DNA from: Meiothermus sp.
GTDB lineage: Bacteria > Deinococcota > Deinococci > Deinococcales > Thermaceae
Assembly (NCBI GenBank): GCA_040290005.1
Contig: PSMF01000002.1
Location: 12,542-76,541 of the forward strand
Reading direction: 5' to 3'
Length of the DNA: 64,000 bases
The notes beneath the pieces were generated by a model. The model did no database searches, was not told the origin of the DNA, and worked only from the letters and a program-made list of their open reading frames with translations. Position 1 is the first letter of the stretch; every line of letters starts with the position of its first letter. Positions 55,112 to 63,159 of this stretch are shown piece after piece. Position numbers and translations under genes: made by a program.

Positions 55112-57091
55112 TCAGGCCGCGGGGTCTTCTAGACCCAGCTCGTTTTTGAGCCGGAGCAGGAGGTCCACCAGCTCGGGGTCAAACCTGGAGCCCGCTTCGG
55201 CCTCGATCAGCCCCAGCGTCTCCTCAAGCGAATGGGCGGGGTGACCCTCCCCCGGACGCACCCGCGAAACCAGACGCTGGGCCAATTGGAGGATGCGGGT
55301 GGCCTTAGGGATGCGCTCACCGGAAGCGGCAGGCTCCCCACTCCCGTCCCAGCGCGTGCCCATAAAGGTCAGAACCCGCGCAGCCTGATTGCGCACACCC
55401 TCGGGCAGTGAGGTCGGCACAACCTTCCCGCCCCCCTCGAGCAAAAAACAGCTCGCCATCAGCACGTCTATCTCTTCGCCCAGCAGCCCCCAGGCATAGC
55501 CTAAGCGGCGGGCGACCCGAGCCAACGGGCTATTCAGGGTGGGGAGGATGCTCTCGCGGCCCTGGGGCAAAACGAACAGCGGCGACTGGTTTTTGCGCAC
55601 CGCCTTGTCGCGGTACATGGCGTCATCCGCTTCGCGCCACAAGCCGTGCAGGTCGGAGCTGTCCTGGGGCACCGCCCAGCCCAGGCTAGCCTGGAGGTAT
55701 TCGCTGTCCGATACCCGGATTTCCTCGACCAGAGCACGATAACGCTCCGCGGTGCGGGAGGGGTTGAGGCTCTGCGGCCCCTCGATGATCAAGGCGAACT
55801 CGTCCCCCCCCAGCCGGTAGGCCCGGTCCCCAGCCCTGGCCTTAGCCCGCAGCGCCCCCCCCAGCCGCACCAGCACGTGGTCGGCGTGGACGTGGCCGTA
55901 GGTGTCGTTCATCCGCTTGAAACCGTCGAGGTCTAAGAGCACCAGCACCACCGTGCGTCCGGGGGGTTTGCTGGCGAGGTATTCCAGGTCGCGCTCGAAG
56001 GCCCGGCGGTTGCCCAACCCGGTAAGCGGGTCGGTGTAGGCAGCCCAGGCCAGCTCGCGTTGGAGTTTCCACTCGCGCCGCACCACCCCAATCGCCGCCG
56101 CCATATCGGAGAGCAGGGTCTGGGTCTGGCTATCGGGGAGCCAGTGGTGACGGGTGCTAAAGAGCATCAGGACGCTGGTCTCGTCCCGCTCGCGCTGGAT
56201 CGGCAGCAAGAACAGGCTGCGTAGCCCGGCTTTGGTGAGCTCATCGCGGTGATCGGGGTAGAGGTCGTAGCGGGGAATGCTGACCTGCTCCCCGCGCTGT
56301 GCGCGCTCGGCGAGCTGCCGGCCGATGGCGGTTTCTACCGGCAGCCCCGAGCCCCAGCCCGCCCCGGCCACGGTGTGCAGCGCACCGCCCCCGAGCACCA
56401 CCAGCCGCGCCCCTTCTGCTCCGGAGAGCCGGGTGATCTCCTCGAGGGCGTCGCCCAGCGTGACCTCCAAGGCCTGATCGCGTGGGGCGCGGAGCAGGGT
56501 GTTGATCGCCGAGAGCCACAGGGCCTGCCGCTCGGCGCTCTCGCGCAGGTGGAACTCCCGCAGGATGGGCGAGATTTGCAGCAGATACTGCGTCGCCCAC
56601 TCGGTCTCACGCTCGTCAAAGGGGTCCGAGGCCAAAAGCTGTACCACCGCCCAAACCTCGCCGTGGGCTTTGAGCGGCAGGGTGAACACCGTAGCGGGTT
56701 CTAACCCTTCCAGCCCAGGCGGCAGGCGGTCACCCAGCAGCTTGGGCAGGGGATGGGGGGCCTGGTCCAGCACCACCGGCGCGGCATCGGGCCAGCCCGA
56801 GCCCGCGTAGCCCGAGCGCAGGGTGGCCTCAGGCACGCCTTCCAGACCGCGCACCATCTCGGCGGCGATCCCCCGAGCCGCGGTCAACTGAAAGCGGCGG
56901 TGGCTGTCTTTAACCCACACCAGGGCCTGTTCAGCCCCCTTGAGACCCCCCTCGAGATGCTCCAGCACCTGCTCGTAGAGCTGCTCGCTGCCCTTCGAGG
57001 CCAGCAGGGTCTGCACCCCTTCAAGGGTCAAGTCCTCCCCCGAGGGCTGGCTCAGGCGGAGGGGACGGCGGGAGGGGTGACGGCCCGGCAC
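55112..57091 (-). CDS. GAF-domain diguanylate cyclase (GGDEF, I-site present) with a degenerate HD-GYP-like C-terminal domain
   Basis: 'DPLTGLGNRRAF', 'RAGDRAYRLGGDEFALI'. The C-terminus has 'ASCFLLEGGGK' where HDxGK is expected and 'RWDGSGEP' where HHERxDGSGYP is expected. GTG start. Confidence 0.85.
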   Translation of the reverse strand: MPGRHPSRRPLRLSQPSGEDLTLEGVQTLLASKGSEQLYEQVLEHLEGGLKGAEQALVWVKDSHRRFQLTAARGIAAEMVRGLEGVPEATLRSGYAGSGWPDAAPVVLDQAPHPLPKLLGDRLPPGLEGLEPATVFTLPLKAHGEVWAVVQLLASDPFDERETEWATQYLLQISPILREFHLRESAERQALWLSAINTLLRAPRDQALEVTLGDALEEITRLSGAEGARLVVLGGGALHTVAGAGWGSGLPVETAIGRQLAERAQRGEQVSIPRYDLYPDHRDELTKAGLRSLFLLPIQRERDETSVLMLFSTRHHWLPDSQTQTLLSDMAAAIGVVRREWKLQRELAWAAYTDPLTGLGNRRAFERDLEYLASKPPGRTVVLVLLDLDGFKRMNDTYGHVHADHVLVRLGGALRAKARAGDRAYRLGGDEFALIIEGPQSLNPSRTAERYRALVEEIRVSDSEYLQASLGWAVPQDSSDLHGLWREADDAMYRDKAVRKNQSPLFVLPQGRESILPTLNSPLARVARRLGYAWGLLGEEIDVLMASCFLLEGGGKVVPTSLPEGVRNQAARVLTFMGTRWDGSGEPAASGERIPKATRILQLAQRLVSRVRPGEGHPAHSLEETLGLIEAEAGSRFDPELVDLLLRLKNELGLEDPAA

Positions 57092-57101
57092 AAATACGCC
57101 C

Positions 57102-57479
57102 CTACAGCCCCAGGTCTACCGGTGATACCACAAACCGTTCGGTTCCCAGCTCGAGTTCAAGGCCAAAACTCCCGCTCAGCAGAGTGGGCAGCCGAAACAT
57201 GCCGGAAGACTGTAGTGGGGCCGTCTCTAAACGTTCCCCCCCAGCTCCCAGCAGGTGAACCGCGCCCGTAGAACGCTCTACCGTACCCACCACCTTGCCC
57301 AGCAGCAAAGAATACCCGGCCTCCGGCTTGAGGCTCAAATCAAGATAGCAACTGCCCACGCTGTACAGCTTATTCCATCCCCCATTAAATCCCTGATGGC
57401 GAAGTGAAGACCCCGCCTGGCGTGAACCTACTAGCAGAATGGCTTTGCCTGAAATAGCCTGCGCCGTCGGTTGCGACAT
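57102..57479 (-). CDS. small hypothetical protein, paralog A
   Basis: 125 aa. 'WNKLYSVGSCYLDLSLKPEAGYSLLLGKVV' aligns with paralog B. Confidence 0.65.
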   Translation of the reverse strand: MSQPTAQAISGKAILLVGSRQAGSSLRHQGFNGGWNKLYSVGSCYLDLSLKPEAGYSLLLGKVVGTVERSTGAVHLLGAGGERLETAPLQSSGMFRLPTLLSGSFGLELELGTERFVVSPVDLGL

Positions 57480-57487
57480 AATGCTTT

Positions 57488-57862
57488 TTAAAACACCTCA
57501 AGCCCGTCCAGCTTGAATGTTTCGCTCCCTAGGTTAAATTCCAGTGAGCAGTCCCCCTTGGTTTTTAGCTCGAGGCGAAACCCGCCGTATTCATTAACCA
57601 TCCCCGTGGCGAGGGTATCGCCTTCCCCTCCACGTAAGGTTAGGCTGCGCACCTTGGGCAGCTTGGATTCGGCGATCACCTGCCCCAGCAAAACCGCTCC
57701 GTTCCCCTCGGACTTGAGGGAAAGGTCCAGATAAACTCCCCCGGCCTTGTAGAGCTTAGACCACGATGAGCTAAAGCTGGAACTGCGGACCCCACTGGGG
57801 GTGCTGCGCGAGTCCATGATGAGGATCGCCTCTTTGCTGTAGGAAGCCACGCCTCTTGGCAT
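57488..57862 (-). CDS. small hypothetical protein, paralog B
   Basis: ATG at 57862 was chosen by alignment with paralog A. 'WSKLYKAGGVYLDLSLKSEGNGAVLLGQVI'. Confidence 0.65.
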   Translation of the reverse strand: MPRGVASYSKEAILIMDSRSTPSGVRSSSFSSSWSKLYKAGGVYLDLSLKSEGNGAVLLGQVIAESKLPKVRSLTLRGGEGDTLATGMVNEYGGFRLELKTKGDCSLEFNLGSETFKLDGLEVF

Positions 57863-58195
57863 AGCTAACTCACGCTCCCAATGTTTCCCAGGCACTCGCA
57901 CGACGTGATTCTCGACTCTTTCACTATGCACCATCCTTAGGGGGACTCCAGGGACTACTTTCCAACTGCCAGGATAGGAGGCGGAAAGACTCTCAAGGGG
58001 CGCAAATGACCGTTACGTACTGGTCAAATATCTTAATCAAAAAGGGGGCGCGGATGTCAATTAGCTGACGCGTTACCTAGGATTTATGGCTTCTGCTTCG
58101 GCTTATCAGAGGTAACGTGACCAAGTTATAAAAATACGCGGTTACAGCTCACAACTTTTTTACGGTCTTACGCAACTCCTTCGCAATTGCAGCTC

Positions 58196-58216
58196 AATGC
58201 AGTCCAGGACTGCATT
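58196..58216. promoter_or_regulatory. perfect 21-bp palindrome in an AT-richer 500-bp non-coding region
   Basis: 'AATGCAGTCC A GGACTGCATT'. Nearby are three GGTAACG-type boxes (58063-58080, 58109-58123, 58134-58148). Confidence 0.45.
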
Positions 58217-58318
58217 CTTATAGATTGGTCTAACTGTAGGTTATTTGGACGTGGGACCAAGGGGGCTCGAGCACGGACGAGGTGCGGCCACTAGATTTCC
58301 GGCGAAAGTCCGGGTTAA

Positions 58319-58403
58319 CCTCACCCTGGCCCTCCCCACAAAACGGGAAGGGGGCAGGGTTCAGTCTTCCCTCCGCTTATGGGGGAGTTAGAGCGGGGTG
58401 AAG
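58319..58403. repeat. G-tract family element
   Basis: 'cctcaccctggccctcccc acaaaac gggaagggggcagggt ... gggggagttagagcggggtgaagg'. Confidence 0.65.
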
Positions 58404-58452
58404 GCTGCATCAGGACGACGAATCTCGTTTACTTTCGCCGGAGGTCTGCTGA

Positions 58453-58860
58453 GTTGAAAGTTTCGTTCCGGACAGAAGTAGTCTTCGGTTCAAGCGGATT
58501 TGCTCCCTGCCCTACCCAGCCCTCAAGCTGTTTTGCCGCGGTTTGCTGACGCTGTAAGAAAAATGGGTGCTTTTTATCGTCTGGGAGTTGATGAACGGGC
58601 CGATTGGCTTCAACGAACTCACCCGCCGCTCCCCCGTCAACCCCACCACCCTGGCGCAGCGCCTGGATTTGCTCGAGGAAGCGGGCATCGTCACCCGCAC
58701 AGTGCATTCGGCCATCCCACCTAAAACCAGCTACGCCCTAACCGAGAAGGGTTTGGCGCTACGGGGCGTGCCCCGAGGCCCTCCGGACCTGGACCGATGC
58801 CTATGCATCCTCAAGATGCGAATTGCATGGCTCCGGAAAAGCCCGAATACACCGTGAGCT
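58453..58860 (+). pseudogene. HxlR-type winged-helix regulator, disrupted
   Basis: '...CSLPYPALKLFCRGLLTL*EKWVLFIVWELMNGPIGFNELTRR...LEEAGIVTRTVHSAIPPKTSYALTEKG' has an in-frame TAA at 58555-58557. The expected C-terminus 'EALRTWTDAY' is in another frame. Confidence 0.5.
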
Positions 58861-58902
58861 ACTAGGGTTTGTGACTGCCGCCCGACCCGGTAAAGTAGGC
58901 CA

Positions 58903-61080
58903 GTGCAAGTCTTGAAGGTAGCGCTGCCGCTGCCCTTAGAGCCGATGTCCTACCTGCCCCCGCATGGCGACGCGCGGGAGGCGCTGGGCCGCCGTGTCGC
59001 CGTTCCCTGGCGCGGAGAGTTGCGCATCGGCGTGGTGGCGGGCCTCGAGCAGGATGAGCGCAAGAGTTTTGCCCTGCGCGAAGCGGTGGCCTATTTGGAC
59101 GAGGGCTGCTGGCTGCGGGCCGAGGAGATCGCCTTCTTGTACGCCGCAGCAAAGGATAGCTTTAGCCCGCTGGGGTGCGTGCTGGACGACCTGATTCCTT
59201 TTCTGGAGCCGCCCCTTGAACACCGCATTCGCCTCCTCTCGAACGCCGCCCCCAGCATCCTGCCCAAGGGTCTGGAAGCGCTTGGCGAGGGCTGGCAGGA
59301 GGCCAGAGGTTTTGACCCCAAGCTGCTCGACTATCTGCGCGAGGCCGGGGTTTTGGAGGAGGAGGTCGCCGAGCGCCGCACCGTGCGGCAGGTCCTGGTG
59401 GCACTCAAGCCGCCCGACGAGACCCTGACCATCAAGGCCCGTTCAGCCCTCGAGACCCTCGCCGAGCTGAAATCCGCCGACAGCATGGCCGAGCTGGCGC
59501 GGGCCGCCGGGGTGGGGGCGGGCGTGGTGAAAGGACTGATGGACAAGGGTTACGCCGGTTTTACCGGGCAGAAGGCTGAGCCGGAAAGACGGTTGTCGCA
59601 GCCCATAGCACCGCTCGAGCTGGAAACCATTCCCACCCGGCTGGACGGCGGACGACTCACCGAGCGGGTTCGCGCCCTGGCCGGGATGGCCCAGCAAGAA
59701 CGCGTGCTGGCCCTATTCCCCGAGGTCTCGCTGCTACGGCGGTTCGCGGCCCATTTCCCGCAAGCCACGCTGCTCCACGGGGAGATGAAGCCCGAGGAGC
59801 GGCGCGAGGTCTGGACGAAGCTGGGAACCGACCCATCGGGAATTCCAGGCCCTGTTCTGGCGACCTACCAGGGATTGCTGCTCCCCTTCACCCCCGAGCG
59901 CATCGTGGTGGTGGAAGAATCCTCCGAAGCCTACAAACTCTCGGCGGGGAGCCGGGCTTTTATCCCACGCCTGGCGGCGCTACGGGCACAGCTGCTGAAG
60001 GTTCCGATTACGTACCTGTCAGGGGTCTCGAGCGTCGAAGTTTGGGCCGAGCCCAGCCACACCCTGCCCACTGCTAAGCCCAGACTGCACCTGCTGGACA
60101 TGCGCCAGGAACAGGGCTGGCCGCTGTGTGGCGCTGCCGTCGCGTTGTTGCAACAGGTCGCCGAGAGGGGGCGGCAGGCCATCGTGCTCTCCGGGCGGCG
60201 CGGCTATAGCGCTCTGTTGCGCTGCAAGAACTGTGACTGGAAGGCGATGTGCCCCAACTGTGCCCTGCCCTTGCGCTACCACAAGGGCGGGCGGGCCGGG
60301 CTCCTGCAGTGCCACCAGTGCGGCCACGAGGAGAAGGCCCCGCAAGTCTGCCCCAACTGCCAGTCCGATATTTTTGACCCCAAAGGGCCGGGGGTGGAAT
60401 GGCTGGTGGAGAGCTTGGCCGGGCGCGTCCCCGAGCTGCCGCGCTACCGTTACACCGCCCAGGCCAAGGACGACCTGAGCAAGTTACTCAGCGGCGAACC
60501 GGGGGTGCTGGTGGGCACGACTGCCATCCTGCGCGGCCCCACCTTGCCCGAACTGGCCCTCGTGGTGCTGCCCTACGCGGATGGCTTCGTGCTGGAATCG
60601 GATTTCCGCGCCTCCGAGCGCTACCACCGCCTGCTCTGGAGCCTGGCAGACCTGCACCCGCGCCGCAAGCCGCTCTTAGCGCTGCAAACCTTCGAGCCCG
60701 CCCACGCTGCGCACCGCTCACTCGAGGCCGCGGATGCAGAGGGTTTTGTGGAGTTCGAGCTGGCTCTGCGCCGGAGCCTGGGTTACCCGCCCGCCACCCG
60801 GATGGTCAAGCTCGAGGTCTCCCACCCCAAAGAACCCGTCGCCCGCGACGGGGCTGAGCGGCTAGCCGAAGTTCTCCGCACCAAAGTCCAGCCGGGCGAG
60901 CTCCTCGGCCCAGCCCCGGCCCCGGTCGCCAAGGTGCGGGGCCAGTTTGTGTTTCACTTGCTGCTCAAGGCCAAAGAGGAACGGCTGAACGAGTTGATGA
61001 CCGCTCTGCCGCCCGTGCGGGGCGCAAAGCTGCGGGTAGACCCCGACCCGCAGAGCTTTGTGGGGCTGCTCGAGGACTAG
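58903..61080 (+). CDS. priA: primosomal protein N' (PriA) homolog lacking Walker A/DExH motifs
   Basis: Cys-rich region 'CKNCDWKAMCPNCALPLRYHKGGRAGLLQCHQCGHEEKAPQVCPNCQS'. C-terminal 'GYPPATRMVKLE'. No GxGKT motif, and 'VVVEESSE' where DExH is expected. Confidence 0.85.
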   Translation: MQVLKVALPLPLEPMSYLPPHGDAREALGRRVAVPWRGELRIGVVAGLEQDERKSFALREAVAYLDEGCWLRAEEIAFLYAAAKDSFSPLGCVLDDLIPFLEPPLEHRIRLLSNAAPSILPKGLEALGEGWQEARGFDPKLLDYLREAGVLEEEVAERRTVRQVLVALKPPDETLTIKARSALETLAELKSADSMAELARAAGVGAGVVKGLMDKGYAGFTGQKAEPERRLSQPIAPLELETIPTRLDGGRLTERVRALAGMAQQERVLALFPEVSLLRRFAAHFPQATLLHGEMKPEERREVWTKLGTDPSGIPGPVLATYQGLLLPFTPERIVVVEESSEAYKLSAGSRAFIPRLAALRAQLLKVPITYLSGVSSVEVWAEPSHTLPTAKPRLHLLDMRQEQGWPLCGAAVALLQQVAERGRQAIVLSGRRGYSALLRCKNCDWKAMCPNCALPLRYHKGGRAGLLQCHQCGHEEKAPQVCPNCQSDIFDPKGPGVEWLVESLAGRVPELPRYRYTAQAKDDLSKLLSGEPGVLVGTTAILRGPTLPELALVVLPYADGFVLESDFRASERYHRLLWSLADLHPRRKPLLALQTFEPAHAAHRSLEAADAEGFVEFELALRRSLGYPPATRMVKLEVSHPKEPVARDGAERLAEVLRTKVQPGELLGPAPAPVAKVRGQFVFHLLLKAKEERLNELMTALPPVRGAKLRVDPDPQSFVGLLED

Positions 61081-61688
61081 CGCTGAACCACCTGAGTCCT
61101 CCCTTCAGCGCACGGGTATGCCTCTGCCAATACGGGTTGTGCGTCTGCCGCACCTTTCCGGCGCAACCCGATAAAGCTCATTGGCCCTCGAGATAAGCAC
61201 CGGCTTTTTGCAGCGCCCGGATAATAAATAAGACCGGCAATACTCCATTAGGGGCGAGTTGCTGGGGCTACGCGGAAGGAGTTAAGCCGTACCCGCCGTC
61301 ACGATAAGGCCCTTTTTCTGTGGTATGAACCTATGGCGGGGCATCGCTCTTAATGGCGCCTCAAACCCTAAGGCTATAGATGTAGCCGCGCTCCTTAAAC
61401 CTTTGAACGAGGGTTTCGCTCGGCAATACCGCATCCATACAGCATTTCACCACCCAGCAGACAGGCCAGCAACCGCGAAGCTCACTCAGCCCGCGGTCAG
61501 AAAGCACTAAGCCTTCACTAAGTCCTTCTGCCTAAGTTTGAGTTCGCTCGCTCGGCCTGCCCGCTCAGGCGGGACGCCAAACTTCTGGGGATGGAAGATG
61601 GCCAGTTGCTCATTGCTTCCGAAGGAGTTGCTGTGACCCAGAGACCTCGAGCCTCCCGAATGCACCGCAAGGAAGCTATGGCCGGAAC

Positions 61689-61853
61689 TTATTTATCCTG
61701 CCCTGGCTGATCCCGCAGTTCATCCTGTTCTCCAAGCTGCACTGGGTCGGGACGTATCTGCCCCTGGTGGTTCCTGCCTTTTTTGCCGGGCCATTTTTCA
61801 CCTTCATGCTGCGGCAGTTCTACATTAGGCATCCCCAACGAACTGCTCGAGGC
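61689..61853 (+). pseudogene. relic of an ABC sugar permease (about 55 codons, with frameshift)
   Basis: 'LFILPWLIPQFILFSKLHWVGTYLPLVVPAFFAGPFFTFMLRQFYI', then an extra 'a' in 'attAggcatcccc', then 'GIPNELLEA' in the next frame. No start and no remainder of the gene. Confidence 0.55.
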
Positions 61854-62062
61854 CCTCTCCACCGGCAAACCCTTTCGCACCGCGCTGAAGGGGCTGTTCC
61901 GCGAGCCCTTAGCGGCCCATCTGCGCGCCCTGTTTCCACTCCTGCTCTTGGCTCTGGGGCTGGTCTTCAAAACCTTGGTTCCGTTGGTGCTGGTCGCGCT
62001 GTACCTGCTCTATGCCGCGCTGTGCGTGAAGCCGATGCACGTCCCCGCCCTGCCAAAGGAGC

Positions 62063-62902
62063 GTGAAGGTGTTCGGAGTTAGGGGCATCCTCGAGGGCTT
62101 CCATGGGCGGCCCTGGCCGTGGGCAGAGCGCCACCAGATGGTCAAGTGGGGGGTAGCATAAGGCTTCAACACCTACGTCTACACGCCCAAAAACGACCCC
62201 CTGCACCGCAATCGCTGGTGCGAGCCGTATCTGCCGCTCGAGATGCGTTGGTTCAGCGAGCTGGTTCATAGGTGCCGCGATTTAGGGATGCGATTTGTGT
62301 TTGGGGTGAGCCCGCTCGAGCTCTGCTACTTGGATACAGCCTGTGAAGGCATCGTGCTGAACGGGGCTTTGCAGGCCGAGGCGGGCAAGTTTGCGTTCAA
62401 CACCGCCGCGCAGTACATGCGTGACCCGCAGAGCTACGACCCGGAAAAGGCTTGGGGAAAGGCATTGCTCGAGGTCTGCGGCGACTCGGAAGATGCCGAG
62501 GCCGTCAAAGCCCTGGCAGATTTGGCCCGGCGCTCGCCGCTTTTGCCCGGCCACGAACACAAAACCGTATGGCGGCCCGTGCTCGAGGGCTTCTGGCAGA
62601 ATCCTTCTGCCGAAGCAGCCAAGGATTTGAGAGCGCGACTCAGGCGACTTCTCGAGGATGCCCGGCGGCCCCAGCATTTCAAAAACTCGGCGCTGGCTCG
62701 AGATTTAAGGCCCTGGAGCACCAAGCTCGGCGGGTGGGCTAAAGTCGGGCTAATGGGATTGGCGGCGCTCCAATCGCCCTCAGAAGCAAGGATCACGGAT
62801 TTGCTCGAGGAAATCTACCGCGTGCGGGAGAACTTCGCCTGGGTCGGCGGGGATTTGTTTGAGCTGTTTGCAAGGCGGTGCGCCGCTCAATCCTGCTGCT
62901 GA
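62063..62902 (+). pseudogene. GH84 (O-GlcNAcase/NagJ-like) glycosidase relic with a nonsense codon and deletion of the catalytic core
   Basis: 'FGVRGILEGFHGRPW...KWGVA*GFNTYVYTPKNDPLHRNRWCEPY...MRFVFGVSP' (TAA at 62159-62161). It jumps straight to the late-barrel segment 'FNTAAQYMRDPQSYDPEKAWGKAL'. The DD catalytic region is absent. Confidence 0.65.
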
Positions 62903-63132
62903 CGAAGTTCGTACACCACACGGTTCTTCACCCCGTCGGCGAAGAACGCTAAACCGCTATTTACAACGGTCAAGCCGAGCGTGCCCAGCCAAAACCAGGG
63001 CTCACCTTGCGATTTCAGATACGCGGCGTGGTCGGTGAGGGAAAGGCCCAAGCCTACCAGGACGAGGCCCAGCGGCGAGAAAATCTGCCATTTGCGCTTT
63101 GGGGTCATGAAGAAATTGTAGGGGCGATTCAT
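62887..63132 (-). CDS. small 2-TM membrane protein
   Basis: 81 aa. 'WQIFSPLGLVLVGLGLSL' and 'WFWLGTLGLTVVNSGLAFF'. The ATG lies in the loop of a REP-like hairpin. Confidence 0.5.
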   Translation of the reverse strand: MNRPYNFFMTPKRKWQIFSPLGLVLVGLGLSLTDHAAYLKSQGEPWFWLGTLGLTVVNSGLAFFADGVKNRVVYELRQQQD

Positions 63133-63145
63133 GAATTGCCCCTAC
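63118..63145. repeat. REP-like palindrome
   Basis: 'gtaggggc gattcatgaatt gcccctac'. Confidence 0.75.
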
Positions 63146-63159
63146 CGGAGGGGACACAT

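Noticed and set aside
61081-61688. Possible coding remnants after priA (e.g. ORF 61325-61510)
   Set aside because: The frames are short with no recognisable motif or codon bias. I could not support any call, so the stretch is treated as degenerate DNA within the decayed sugar locus.
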